Positions 1 through 17,388 of a stretch of 64,000 bases of DNA are shown in pieces. The notes under the pieces are model-generated. The model ran no database searches, was not told the origin of the DNA, and saw only the letters and a program-made list of their open reading frames with translations. A program made the position numbers and the translations under genes. Origin of the DNA: the human T2T-CHM13v2.0 reference genome, Homo sapiens; the NCBI RefSeq assembly GCF_009914755.1, contig NC_060929.1, one strand, 5' to 3'. How positions within the stretch are numbered: the stretch's first letter is position 1; every line of letters starts with the position of its first letter.

Positions 1-61
1 GCCACTGTACTCCAGCTTGGGTGACAGAGCGATCTGCTGTCTCAAAAAAAAAAAAAAAAAA
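1..61 (+). mobile_element. Alu 3' end with poly(A), cut by window edge
   Basis: gccactgtactccagcttgggtgacagagc...gtctc followed by an A-run. Confidence 0.9.
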
Positions 62-368
62 GGCACAGAAGGCAATGCCTTATATACAGGCACATCCCCA
101 GACAGTGTCAGCTTGATTAAGTGATAGCATGAGGAAGTAAAACCTTTAAAAAGAAAGAAGACTTAAGAATTCAACAAGAGCAGTTTGAGGCCATTTGGTG
201 TGGAGCCATAGCCCCAGACACCTCACCATCCCCTGAGGATTCACTGTGTTACAGCTGAGAGTTTTGATCCCTAAGCGTGAGCCAGTCACTGTTTTCTAGG
301 CATTACGTTTTCTCTTCATAACAATTCTGCAGTGTAGAAATGCTTACATCAGGCCTTAAGTGCCTTTT

Positions 369-663
369 TTCTTTTTCTTTTTTTTTAATTGGGACAGGGT
401 TTCATTCTGTAGCCCAGGCTAGGTACAGTGGTGCAGTTATAGCTCACTGCAGCCTTGTACTCCTGGGTTCAAGTGATCCTCCCAACTCAGCCTCCTGAGA
501 TTACAGGCATGTACCACCATGCTTGGCTATTTCATTTAAACAAAGGTTTTTTAGAGATGGGGTATCACTCTATTGGTCTTGAACTCCTGACCTCAAGTGA
601 TCCATCCTCCTGCCTTGGCCTTCCAGAGTCCTGATTTACAGGCATGAGCCACTTTACCCAGGT
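369..663 (-). mobile_element. AluJ
   Basis: Diverged antisense Alu; TSD ccttaagtgcctttt (354-368) / ccttacgtgcctttt (664-678). Confidence 0.9.
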
Positions 664-954
664 CCTTACGTGCCTTTTGTTGTTGAGAAGTGCAAGAACA
701 TTTTCTCTAGCTTTCTCAAGATTGCATCTACAAGCACAGGAGCTAGGATTTGAACACAGGTAGTCAGAGTCTGGAGTCTATGCTTTCTCCATTATCTCAA
801 AGCCATACAAGAGAACAGGTAGATCACAGAGGCCATATAGTATAGTGGCTAGACTTTTTACCTTCAGATCCCAGTTTTCTTACCTTCTGATTGGTTAACT
901 AATGTTTAGTGCCTCTGTTTCCACATTTATGAAGTACATTTAAAAGTTGTTTGT

Positions 955-1253
955 GGCTGGGCATAGTGGCTCACACCTGTAATCCCAACATTTTGGGAGG
1001 CCAAGATGAGACGTATAACTTGAGAACAGGAGTTTGAGACCAGCCTCTGTAACATAGGGAGGCCTCCATCTCTACAAAAAATTAAAAAAATAATTAGCCA
1101 GGTGTGGTGGCACATACCTGTAGTCCCAGCTACTTGGGAGGCTGAGGCAGGGGGATCACTTGATGCCAAAAGGTCGAGACTGTAGTAAGCAGTGATAATG
1201 CCACTGTACTCCAGCCTGGGTGACAGAGAAAGCACCTGTCTCAAAAACCAAAA
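955..1253 (+). mobile_element. AluJ inserted in a MIR (MIR pieces ~840-930 and ~1260-1360)
   Basis: Dimeric Alu with J-type features; MIR-like flanks (gcctctgtttccacat; ggattgttgtgaggattcagtgag...cagcacatgataaag). Confidence 0.88.
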
Positions 1254-3349
1254 GTTTCTACCTACACGGTAGGATTGTTGTGAGGATTCAGTGAGATTTC
1301 ATGTTTAAATAGCCCAGTGCCCAGCACATGATAAAGAACTCAAAACATGTTAGCTGCTGTATTTTATATAAAACATAATTATTAGTAATTCATAGTAGAT
1401 AAACCAATAATTCTCCACACTTAAGATAGATATTTTAAAATTTAGAAACATTTTACTCAGTTGAAATAATTTAAAAGTATTCATATTAATTGGTGTAATA
1501 AGTTAGGACTTATTTTAGGACTACTGCCAAATGACTATGCAAAATAATTGGCATAGTTATTCTAGATAATTGAAATGTCTTGCTTGATGTAAACAGTAGA
1601 AAACAAGAGAGAAAAACCTCTGAGCAGTCTGCCTTTGGTTTTCCCTTATGTTAGCCCTTGAATTTTTAAATAAATTCTTTTAAAATAACGTTTGGGCTTT
1701 GGCTCAGTAGGAGGCTTACCTTTTAAATTATCAGTTTGCCTTTTGGGTAAAAATCTATGGATTTTCTATTATGGGGTGTTAGTAGATGAAACAACTCTTA
1801 CTGCTGGCCAGCTATCAAGAAAGGACATATATCTGGGATGTCATCAGATAATTTTATTTTGATCACATTGCTTGCACAAGAAGCAAGTCAGTCAGCTCTC
1901 TGATGGAGATCTGGTAAGGGGAGGAGAAGCAAATGAGAATGTCCTTCACCTTGGAAGTGTAGTTTCTGCTTTGACATCTAGCAGCTGTATGAACTTCTGT
2001 AGCTCACTTAAGCTTACCACTTACCACACCTATGATGGGGTGATAATACCTGCCTTGCTTAACTAAAAAGGCTTCTTTGAATATGAAGTGGCATATAATG
2101 TGTGAAGGGAGCATGTTGAAAGATACAAAGAAAGGTCTAGATACATTTTAGTTACCAAATAATATTTTGTATGTGATGTCCTTTTTAAACTATAGAGTGT
2201 TTACACACATATTCATTGGTGCTTTTAGTGTGTTGTACATCACTTCATTGGGCACTGGATATAGATTATAAGCTTCTTCCTACTATATTGTTCTAAGACC
2301 TGAAGACCCAGTGACTTTAATAGCAAATGTAGCAGCCTTGGTTAACTAAAATGCCTCAGTCCCTATTAGAGAATTTATCTTATATAACATTTATTTCAAT
2401 CAAAATGATCTTTGAGCATAGGTCAGTGAAAGCCAAGTTACTATATTACAGAATTAACTATGTAATTTGGTCATTGGATCAAACTCAAATACATTCTTTC
2501 GACATGTCCCAATAAAAGAGCATTCTGTGTTAACCACCACTAACCAAAAGGCCAAATTCTCAGAATCCATTGTAGTAATGTATACTTTATGGTTGGCTAC
2601 AGTTGAGTATTCCAGGGCTCAGGCTTAGATGACCTGGGGGCTTGCCTGGACTGTTTTGGTTTGGTGCTTTGGGTACCCACCTCTTCTCTCAGAAATACTT
2701 TACTATCTTAGAAAGATTTATTTGAAAGTGGACAGCCCTATTTATGTCTGCTTACTTGAGTGGTGGTTTATGATGATCCTGACTGACGGGGCATTAGTTT
2801 TTCCCCTTGTATACCTCCTCAAGCACAGCTCTGTATACTTACGTGAGAACCACCCACCATGCGAAAATAAAATGCATCCCTGCCATACCTCAGAAACTGT
2901 CAGTCTAGTAGGGGAGATGTTAAGATTTGCAATATTACTAAAAATGATTTTTTTATCTAATGATGTTAGTTTTTTAGATCAAGAGTTAAGTGGTGTAAAT
3001 GGTTCTTCCTCTTCCCACAGATATTTCACTGGACATCTGAGATGTCAGATTTTACCAAAAAACAAACTACAAAACAGAGGCTATAGCATAAATCAGATTA
3101 TGGAACATTCCAACTTAAAACTCAAATGGCTTTCCAATTGTATTTAGAATTAAATAACTTCTGAGATAACTTCTAAGACCCTAAGTGAGATCATAACCAT
3201 TTTTTCTTTTGCATCCTCTGTACAAAAGAACTTGAACTACATCGAACAAATTATGAAACATCCTTATCATTGCACTGTTATTTTTGATTTTTGAAAAAGT
3301 TTCAAAGAACACTCAGATTTGTATTCTATTTTAAATTTGCAAATACCCT

Positions 3350-4080
3350 ATGAAATCCTCCCCTCCCATTATTTAAAAGCTGTATAAAAATAATAGAAGC
3401 AATGAAACCACATTTTGAAACATGTGCAAGATACTGGGAAATGGGAAAAGTCATTCTATACCATTGTGTTAACCAACCATAGTCACTATTTTAGTGTTTT
3501 TCCTCCTTGTATTTCCTATGCATTAAATGCAGGTTTTCATTATTTGTACATTTTTATATCTAGCTCTTTTTGGTTTGACATTGTATGATAAGCATTTTTC
3601 TGTTATATACAAGTTATGTGTAAACATAAATAATTCAGTGGATTTATATTTTATTTGACCATTGTCTTATTTTGGACATTTAAATTTGTTTCCAAGTTTT
3701 CATTTTATGCATGAGGCTCAGATGGAGTGTCTTTGTGCATGTGGAGTAAGCACTGCCCTTCACTCTGCCCGTATTTTCTTTCGCCTTTAATATAGACTTC
3801 CAGAAGAGGAAATGGTGGGCCAAAGGGCATGTTGGATGTTTTTATGGCACTTTCTATGTATTGCTAAATTGCCTACCAGTTTCACACACCAATTGCCAGC
3901 AATGGATATTAGCATAGTTTTACAATTTTTTTTTTGCCAATTAACAGCAAAATAAAAAACTAAAGAACCCCTACAAGTTACCTGTTGTTTTAATGTGAAA
4001 ATTTAAAGTTACTCACAAAGTTAAGTATTTTCCCATATGTTTGCGTATTCATTGCGTCTCCTAGTTTGTGAACTTTACTC
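3350..4080 (-). mobile_element. Old L1M (L1ME-like) 3' fragment
   Basis: ttggacatttaaatttgtttccaagttttc, ttccagaagaggaaatggtgggccaaaggg and attgctaaattgcc resemble antisense L1M 3' sequence. Confidence 0.6.
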
Positions 4081-6224
4081 CTGTCCTCTTTTTCATCAGT
4101 TGGTAAAGGTTGTGGAGGGCCATAGTGGTGGACAGCACGAGCTCTGGGGACAAACTGTCAGGTCTGCACCTGGGCTCTGCCCCAGGGTGGGGAATATGTC
4201 CTGGGGACAGAGGAGTGGAATATTTTTTATTTTTAGGAATTCAATTTCTTTCTATTATTTTTTTTCTAAACTTAGAAAAATCCCTTGCCTTTTTAGATGT
4301 TTAGTCGCCAGTTCTGAATTTCTTCAAGTTTAGAAAGTTCTTTTACCTCCTTACTCCACCTAGATTTTGTTTTATATTTCAAACTCTTAAAATTGATGAC
4401 TTTATCAACTATCTACACTTATTATGAAGATGTAACAGGCATTCCTTAGAAATGAAATTTCTCACTTTGAAATTATAAAATTGGCACTGCATTTATAGTA
4501 AAACTAGATGTTCAAAAGTTTATTGGGTAATGATGTTTAAATAATTGGCTAATTTCTTTACCTAAATTGCTTTTATTTTAAAGAGAAGCACGTCAGAATT
4601 TTATTAGGCATATTAGCTAGTGCATGGCGTGGTGATTTGTTAGGTTTTGGGTATTGTAAGAGAGTTTTATTTGTTTAGAAGTAGTTGGCAAGATATTTAT
4701 CTTTTGATTTTTTTTCCTAAAGGTGAGTTTTATATAGGAATCTGTACCTCGGGATCACGTGGCTTTGTGTACCAGGCGTCCAGGGAGCAATTAGGAGGGC
4801 AATCTGTTAAGTCTTTTGCCTCAGGGCAGAACCATTAGGTGTGCTGTGTATGTGCCTCAAGGGGTGTAAATAACTAAGCTATTCATGTACTCATCAGTTT
4901 CCTTTCAAGGCATCTGTGAAACCTTTAATCTGTGGAAGAATCAGAGAAAGTTGACCTATTGTATTATTATCCTCCCTCACCTGAATATTTTGATAAAGTA
5001 TATTTTAGAATTTACAGATTGGACATTAAGCACATGAACTTTAAATTCCACTTTCCATTTTGATGTGAATGTTCTAAAAGTTCCCTATGATTTAAATGTA
5101 AGCAGATCTTTAATGTCTACAGAAGAGATTTTTTTTTTTTGTTGATTTATTATCTTTCGGAGTGAATAAATTCCATTTACTGATGGCTGAGATTTCTCAC
5201 TGTCATACTACAGAAATGAGCAGCATTCCAGTTTGTTTCCTATATTAATTTTGGGGCATTATTGAAAAGAAATAATCATTCGTTTCCCTTTCTACCATTG
5301 CGCATAAATGCCATTTAAATGTGGAGAAATCTCTTCCACCTTAAAAAAAAAGCCCTCCTTTGACACTGAGCCTTTCTACCCCATTCTTACCCTCTGCCCT
5401 ATTTTTTTTTTTTCATATCCAAATTTCTTCAAAGAGTGATCACATTCACTTTATTTCTTCACCTTGTACTTCATTCTTTTAACTTTGGTCTGCCCCAGCA
5501 CTCCACTGAACCTGCTAAAGATGCCAGTGTTGCTAAATTCAGTGGGCTCTTCATTCTTCATCTTATTTGACAACTCAGTAGCACTGAACACAGCTGACCA
5601 CTCTTTCTCATAACAGTCTTTACTGGACTTTGGTAAATCAAGATCTGTTGGTTTTTCTCTTACCTCTTTGGTAACTCCAGTCTTAGTTAAGCCACCTTCC
5701 TCTTCCCGCTTTTTGGACCCTTTTCCTACTCTCCTATACTCTCAAACCACTATGTACCAGGTTCAAGTGTTCACTTCTCCTGAGCTCCAGACTCCTGTAG
5801 TCCACCTATTCATAGGACATCTTTATTTATTTGTTACACTTGTGCCTCAGACTTAACTATTTTCCTTTCAAACCTGCTTTTCTCTATTAGTTTCCTAGTT
5901 CTGTAAATGACACCATCATTTATATCATTTCTGAGTTGTTCAAGTCAGAAAATTAGCAGCGTCTTATCATTTTTACCTCTTCAATATTTCTTTTTTTCAT
6001 TTAGTTATTTAATTTAGATATGAATTAAGATTTTTTGTGTTTAATTTGTAGGAACATTTCTTAAAAAATTATAAATTATACAAGTCATACATGAATATAT
6101 TCTTATAAAAATAAAAATATTACCTCTTTGTTACCCATAATTTTCACTTCCTTTCTCCAGAACTAACCACTATTATCAGTTTGGTTGCATACTTCCAGAA
6201 CTCTTTTTATTCATTTACGTTTAA

Positions 6225-6363
6225 AAAATTTTAAAAAATACCTTATAGAGTGGGGTCTTAGTATGTTGCCCAGGCTGGTTTTGAACTCCTGGGCCCAAGC
6301 AGTCCTCCCACCTTGGCCTTCCAAAGTGCTTGGGATTACAGGCATGAGCCACTGCACCTGGCT
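6225..6363 (-). mobile_element. Alu left monomer (FLAM/AluJ fragment)
   Basis: Antisense single monomer ending gagccactgcacctggc. Confidence 0.85.
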
Positions 6364-6490
6364 CTATTTACATTTAAGTACTGATTTATTGAAGCTTTGC
6401 TAGAATGTGTCAGTCACCACTGGGTCTTTTTTTGGAGGGGGAATATTAGAACATTTTGACTACTAAAATTTCTTCTACTCAGTATTTCTT

Positions 6491-6589
6491 TTTTTTTTTT
6501 TTTTTTTTTTTGAGACGGAGTCTCGCTCTGTCGCCCAGGCTGGAGTGCAGTGGCGCGATCTCGGCTCACTGCAAGCTCCGCCTCCCCGG
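6491..6589 (-). mobile_element. Severely 5'-truncated young AluY
   Basis: T-tail plus ~78 bp of Alu 3' end with Y-diagnostic gcaagctcc and intact CpGs; perfect 15-bp TSD tactcagtatttctt (6476-6490, 6590-6604). Confidence 0.93.
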
Positions 6590-7607
6590 TACTCAGTATT
6601 TCTTAAATGAATCCTTTCTTCATCATACTGCTGCTACCACTGGTACCCTAAGTCTAATAATCACGTCTGGTTCATTGCAGTAACTTATTTTCTCTATTTC
6701 CACCCTTGTCACTGTGCAAATAAACTATCTTCTACATTGTTACCAAATGATCTTTAAAAATCATCTAATGATCATAATCTTTTCTTGCTTAAAATCTTAC
6801 TGATTTTTCACCATTCTTAAGGCCAAAGTCTAAAATTCTTACTGTTGTCTACAAGGCCCTTCATCATCTGGCCCCACCTACTTCTTTAATATCATATCTT
6901 ACTCCCCCCCACTCGTCAACAGAGAACTTTTTTTTGATATCTAAGATTTTTAGCATTAAAATTATAGGATGTAGTAGAAATGAAAGTTTAAAAATATTGC
7001 TTGTAAAATTATTCTTCATTTTAATGTATATTCATAATTAGCTCACTTTATGCATATGTGTCAAATGAGATAGTTTTTGTTAGTGTTTATGAACTGTAAA
7101 ACATTAATGTAAAATATTGTTTCTCTTTACTTTTTGTTTCTATCTTGCCTTTTGCTTTCATCTACTTGATAAAAGATACTATACATGTGGTAATAATTCT
7201 GTAGGAATGTTGGAGTAGAATGGACATGATTTTCTAATTTGGAATGTCCTTTGAATGGAAAATTAGAAAACAGTCCATAAAATAAACCATTATGTTAGGG
7301 GTGATATGTTCAAAAGAAAAGATTTTTCCGGATCATCTGTAGAGGTCTTTTTAAATTCTTTATGCCTGTGTCTTTAGCTTCCATTTTAAGAAAACATATG
7401 GCCGCCATAGAATTGTTTCTTATTTATATTTAATTTATGGATAAACTCAGGGAATCTGCTATTTTAACAGTACTTTTGGCGTTCATACATTTTTCATATA
7501 GCCCTTCTGTCTGTAGGAGGGAGGTTAATGCCAAATACCATTATTGCCTGTGAGGAAGACCATCATCTTGTGATTGGACCCATACTAATGAAATATGAAT
7601 GCTCTAG

Positions 7608-7969
<362 letters not shown>

Positions 7970-8167
7970 AGGGTTGTTTCTTAAAGGTAAATAAGCTCCC
8001 TAAATTTGTCTGTAAATTGGAAGTAACTCCAGTGAAAATGCCAACAGGAATTTTTTTTTGGCTTGACAAACTAAGGCTAAAATTAATATAGAAATGAGCA
8101 TACAATAATAGGAACACTATGAAAAAGAAGAGTAATGAGAGGTGGGACCAAGTCTATAAGATATTAA

Positions 8168-10151
<1,984 letters not shown>

Positions 10152-10584
10152 AAGATATTAAAGGATAGTAAGCTACAATAATTAAAACTGTGTGATGAAG
10201 GCACATGTATAGATCTAGATCAGTGAAATAAAATATGAAGACAGGAACCTGGAGACTGCAGAACACACAGAACATGATAAAAGTAGCATTTTAAATCAGT
10301 GAGGGAATTTATTCAAAGGGTGTTGGGATAACTGGGTAGCCATCTGGAAAAAAATAAAGTTGGATCTATAATTTATACCTCCACCAGAATGAAATTTAAA
10401 TGGATCAAACTTTAAAAGGCAAAGTCACAAAAGAAATAGAACTAAGCAGGGGAGAAAACTTGTATAGTTTAGAATGAAAGTTTTTTTTTTCTTGACATAA
10501 AACCCTGAAACAATAAAAAAAACAAGATTCATAAGTTAGATTGTATAAAAAATAAAAGATTTTGCATACTTAAAACTACCGCAA

Positions 10585-10843
10585 GCCACTTTGGGAGGCT
10601 GAGGCTGGCGGATCACGAGGTCAGGAGATCGGAGACCAGCCTGGCCATCATGGTGAAACCCCGTCTCTACTAAAAACAAAAAATTAGCCGGGCGTGGCGG
10701 CATGTACCTGTAATCCCAGCTACTCAGGAGACTGAGGCAGGAGAATCTCTTGAACCTGTGAAGCAGAGGTTGCAGTGAGCCAAGATCACACCACTGCACT
10801 CCAGCCTGGCGACAGAGCGAGACTTCGTCTCAAAAAAAAAAAA
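10585..10843 (+). mobile_element. AluSc-like, 5'-truncated
   Basis: gatcacgaggtcaggagatc and agcctggcgacag diagnostics; A-tail. Confidence 0.88.
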
Positions 10844-11675
10844 ACCCCACAAAGTCAAAAGACAAGTTTGAAAAATGTTTACAGCTCCACAAAGATAGAC
10901 AAATTTCCTTGATGTATGAAAAATGTCAACAAACCAATAAAAAGACTAACAATTCAGTAGAAAAATGGACAAAGAACAAATATGGAGATTCATAGAAATG
11001 AGAGATAAATGTACATGATGAGAAGGTGAGGTGCTCACTTGATTTATAAGAGAAATGAAAATTAAAACTACACCAGATGCCATTTTTTAAAAACCTATTA
11101 CATTGATGAAAATAAAAATTTAGCAAATTGTTAGCCTGAATGGGGAGATAGGTACTTGAATTTTGTGTGGGAATGTAAATTAGGACAGTCTTTATGGAGG
11201 ATAATTTTATAGAATCCATCAGATTTATAAATGCACAGACCTATTTGACCCAACAATTTAACATCCAGATTTTTATCTTATGCCAAACTGAAATGAAGAA
11301 TGGCCAAGTTTTATTGAGGCATCATTTATAGTAGCAAAACACTGGAAACAAGCTAAATGTTCATTATAGAAGACTGGTTAAATAAAAATTTGTCCATCGA
11401 AGATGGAGTAGCATGTAGTTATTAAAAAAGAATAAGGAAAATACTGATAGAGGATGATGTAGATATTAAATGGGGAAAAAAGTAAAACTCCACAAGATGT
11501 AGAACAGTATATGTGTTTTGCTGCCGTTTGAGGAGAAAGGAGAAAATACAGAAATATTTATATGTTGCTTATGTATGCATACAACATTTGTGGATGGATT
11601 CACAAGAAAATGGTAGCCTTAATTTACCTTGAGACAAACTGAGGGACAAGGACACCCTTTAATACCTTTCAGATA

Positions 11676-11984
<309 letters not shown>

Positions 11985-12013
11985 TAAGCCATAATAAAAA
12001 TTACATGAAATTG

Positions 12014-12325
12014 GGCTGGGCACGATGGCTCACTCCTGTTATCCCAGTGCTTTAGGAGGCTGAGGCAAGAGGATCACTTGAGGCCAGGAGTTCCAGACCA
12101 GCCTGGGTAATGTAGCGAGACCCTGTCTCTACAAGAAGATAAAAAAATTAGCTGGGTGTCGTGGTGCGTGCCTATAATCCTAGCTACTCAGGTGGCGGAG
12201 GTGAGAGGATTGCCCGAACCCAGGAGTCAAAAGCTGCAGTGAGCTACTGTGATCATGCCTCTCTACTCCAGCCTGGGCAATAGGGTAAGATCCTGTCTCT
12301 GAAAAAAAAAAAAAAAAAAAAAAAA
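12014..12325 (+). mobile_element. AluJ
   Basis: ggatcacttgaggccaggag J-type left arm; A24 tail. Confidence 0.9.
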
Positions 12326-13190
12326 GAATGTAAAAAGATAAATAAAGAATAGTTTGGAAGTTAACATTAAGTCTGTATCTTCAGTTTATTACTTCAGAAA
12401 TGTTTTTCTTACTGCAATTTCAAGGCTAGACCTCGTGTAGGGAAATCTTTTTGTATCCTGGAAGCAATTTTTTTGATTTGTGAAGTGTTTTATTGCCTCT
12501 CTTTTCCTTTAAATCTTTATTGTCTAAACGATTGCACTGAAGTAGACTGTCATTTTAAAATTGTAGGGATTTACTTGTGGTCGAGTAATCCATTGCCTTT
12601 TATAGTTTCATTTTTCCAAAGGGTCTTTGGACGACTAGTTTTGAGTTGAAAACTATATGAAGACAAATAATTTAATACCACAAAGAAGTGAGGATCCTTT
12701 TTTCTAGTGTGTACTGAAAACAGCTCTTTTAGGAATTTTTCATTTCCATTGGTTTTTGTCTTGTGATATATGTCTTTTCATGAGGGATAAATTTTATTTG
12801 CACTCACTGTTTATGGAGTATCGAGTAAAAACTAGAACAAAGCAGAACGAACCTTCCTATACAATGCCTTCCCACAAAAACAAATACCTCCCTCAAAAAA
12901 TTTCTGCTCTGAACATGAAAATGCTTATCTGCAGCTTGACATTATTAGTATGTCTGAGTCCTAGGGTAGGTAGGAGATCCAGGTATTATCATTCAAAAGG
13001 AACTGAAAGTGTGAGCACTCTTTGAAAAAGCACTATTAGCAATGTAAATGCCAAGTTACATCTGATAGGCAAACTCTTAAGCCTGTTTGTGTGATATTTA
13101 AGGTGAGAAAATAGTTTTGCCTATTCTTTATGACTTTGAATAGCCTTAGGACTATTTCATTCTGTTTATTACTCTGTCTTCATACTAGAT

Positions 13191-13504
<314 letters not shown>

Positions 13505-13928
13505 TAGTAAGTATTCTCTTGTAAGTTTTCCTAACAATTAACATCTGTGTACATTGGTTTTCTTGCTAAACTTAACTCTAATTTTTGCCAGTACTAATAT
13601 GTAGTATCCACTCATAGTTTTTAGGACTTCAAAATCTGAGTGTATTGGGTATATGGTATCAGCGTCAGCATTCATATGAAGCCTGAGAGTCCTTTCTGTG
13701 TGTCAAGTCAGGAGGTGTAGGTGTAGGAAATGCTGATCCAGGTAGGACTGTTTGGCACCTAGCAGGTACTCAAGAAATGTTTACTGGAAAATGTTAACTT
13801 GAATCAAGGGAGATTATACTGTTATGCACTGGCCATTAAGTCTTCACTGTTGACTTTTGCTCTCTTTGGTTTTTATGCCAGAGATTGCTAACCCCTGGTT
13901 TAGAATTGTTACTACAAGCATAAAATCA

Positions 13929-14434
<506 letters not shown>

Positions 14435-15519
14435 TGCTATGTGTATTCATAAACATTTATTGTTCCTTGTAGTATGTAATATATTTGTAGAATGAGTCAT
14501 TCTGGGACTTACTTTTTAAAGAGTATTTTCCAAATTCTTTTTTAAAGTGAAAATTATCTTCAGCATTTTTTTCCTTTATGACTCTATTGAATTTAAATAA
14601 GGCAAGGTACATCTATCCTACACAAAGCTCAAAGTAACATTATGTGTGTCATGGCTTCATATTAAAGGATGAATAAAAGTACATGCTTGCCTCAGTGGTG
14701 AGCAGTTGTCCATAGTTTTTTTTGTTCTGTGACATGTGGCTACTTGGCTATGGAAAACTAACACACAGTATATTACCTCTTTGATCATCAGAGTGATATA
14801 TTTTTCCCTGTTGTTCAGCTGTAACTCCATATAGTCACCCTTTTGAATGCCACAAGAAGGGCTCTTTTTCCCTTTAGTAATTGAGGTATTCATGCAGTGT
14901 GGAGTGAATAGATCCCTCCAACACAGTGCATTATATAGTAGTTTTTTGTGTGGATACATGTAATACAATCCGTTCAAAACAAATGTAAAATTTACTAAGG
15001 CTTTTCATGTGGAAGTAGAATGCATATATCTTTCTTGATATAACAAATGAATTTGGTTGTAGCTAACGTGTTGTACTAGTAAAGGTCCACCTGCTAAACT
15101 TTTTCTTTTTTGTTGAGGTATAGACAGTAGAGTGATACCGATACATGAGGAAAATGAGAACTGGAATGCAGGCCAAAAGCTGGTCCTTTCCAGATGAATG
15201 CAACCAAGACTAAGTAGCATCATGTTCATCTGATAGACAAGTGTGGCTGGTGATGGCTGGTCCTGCATGCTGTGTCATGCATGCCGATTCTCTCCACACA
15301 TAGCTGTCAGTCATTTGGTGACAAAATAGCCAGAAAATGCATCTTTAATATTTTGGATTAGAAAGAGACAATCCTTTCTACCTCAACTTTTCTCTGATAT
15401 TTTTTCAAAGGAATTGAGTAGTCTGCTGCCCCTTGGCATGGTACTCTGATCAACATTTATAATCTTAAGATGCATTTTTATTTATGATGAGGGACTCACC
15501 TAGAGTTACATAGCAATTA

Positions 15520-15962
<443 letters not shown>

Positions 15963-16028
15963 TTTGGTGTTTAGAGTGCATGGGGAAGTAGGTAGGAAAT
16001 TAGGGAGCTAATTTATAGCAGATTAAGA

Positions 16029-16313
16029 TACAGAATGTCCGCAAAGTCAGAGAACATAGGATGCATTTAAATAACATGCTCAGTGTTATTTTCTTTAATC
16101 TCCAAACACCTTTCCAGGTGAAGTTCCTTTAATTTCAAATCATCGAATCTCATTCTTAACCTGAAAGTGGTACAATAAATACAGTCTCCAAAAAGTCTGG
16201 ACACACAGGGAAAATTGTGTGTTATTCAGTGATCATCTTACTTGAAAATGTAACTTACATACTTTTAAAAAATAAGTTTATTGTATGTTTATTGAATTTT
16301 CAGATACCCTGTA
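16029..16313. mobile_element. Mariner-type non-autonomous DNA transposon (MARNA-like)
   Basis: Imperfect TIRs tacagaatgtccgcaaa ... ttttcagataccctgta with TA ends; internal repeat of the left terminus near 16180. Confidence 0.5.
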
Positions 16314-16660
16314 TTTTGCTTCTATTTAGGATTTCCTTTCTTTTTAAGTTTCAGGCATAGTGCTAAAATAACTAGGTACAGTCAACAAAGAGACTAGGCA
16401 GCTGACAAGCAGCCCCCACCCCACTGGGTTAAAGATCTAGGCAGCCTGGAGGTGGGAGGATAATGAAAGGCAGGTGATGGGAGTGGAGGACCATGTGCCT
16501 GGCTGGCTTTCTCTTTACCTCCAGCAGCTGGCGGTAGTCATAATTGAAATCTTGATCTTATTTTGAGTGAATGAAGACCAGGAAAGGTTGATAAATAACA
16601 ATATTTGTTAATATTTCTTATTCTAATCTGGTACCTACTGATGTAGAAGAACTTTCTCTT

Positions 16661-16962
16661 TTTTTTTTTGAGACGGAATCTCGCTCTGTTGCCCAGGCTG
16701 GAGTGCAGTGGTGCAGTCTCAACTCACTGCAACCTCCGCCTCCCCAGTTCAAGTAGTTCTCCTGTTTCCTCCTTCTCAAGTCCTCCTGAGTAGCTGGGAC
16801 TACAGGCACATGCTACCACGTCCAGCTAATTTTTGTATTTTTAGTAGAGACGGGGTTTTACCATATTGGTCAGGCTGGTCTCGAACTCCTGACCTCAGGT
16901 GATCCACCTGCCTCGGCCTCCCAAAGTGCTGGGATTACAGGGATGAGCCATCACACCTGGCC
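16661..16962 (-). mobile_element. AluSx with small internal insertion
   Basis: TSD agaacttt(c/t)tctt; altered segment ctcctgtttcctccttctcaagtcctcc. Confidence 0.9.
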
Positions 16963-17075
16963 AGAACTTTTTCTTATACATGCTAATACCTTTTGGGATT
17001 GGTTTAAGTAATAGGACATCTTATTTTTTAAAACAAAAAACTTATGCTAACATCAGTAATATTTCTACTGAGAGT

Positions 17076-17388
<313 letters not shown>

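Larger units (their letters stand above)
5330..6920 (+). mobile_element. Fragmented L2, interrupted by Alu fragments
   Basis: cttcatcttatttgacaactcagtagcactgaacacagctgaccac and aaagtctaaaattctt...tacaaggcccttcatcatctggccc are L2-like. Confidence 0.7.

Noticed and set aside
2629-3147. 172-aa ORF in unique DNA
   Set aside because: No recognisable domain, non-coding-like composition, no promoter or splice support; compatible with chance
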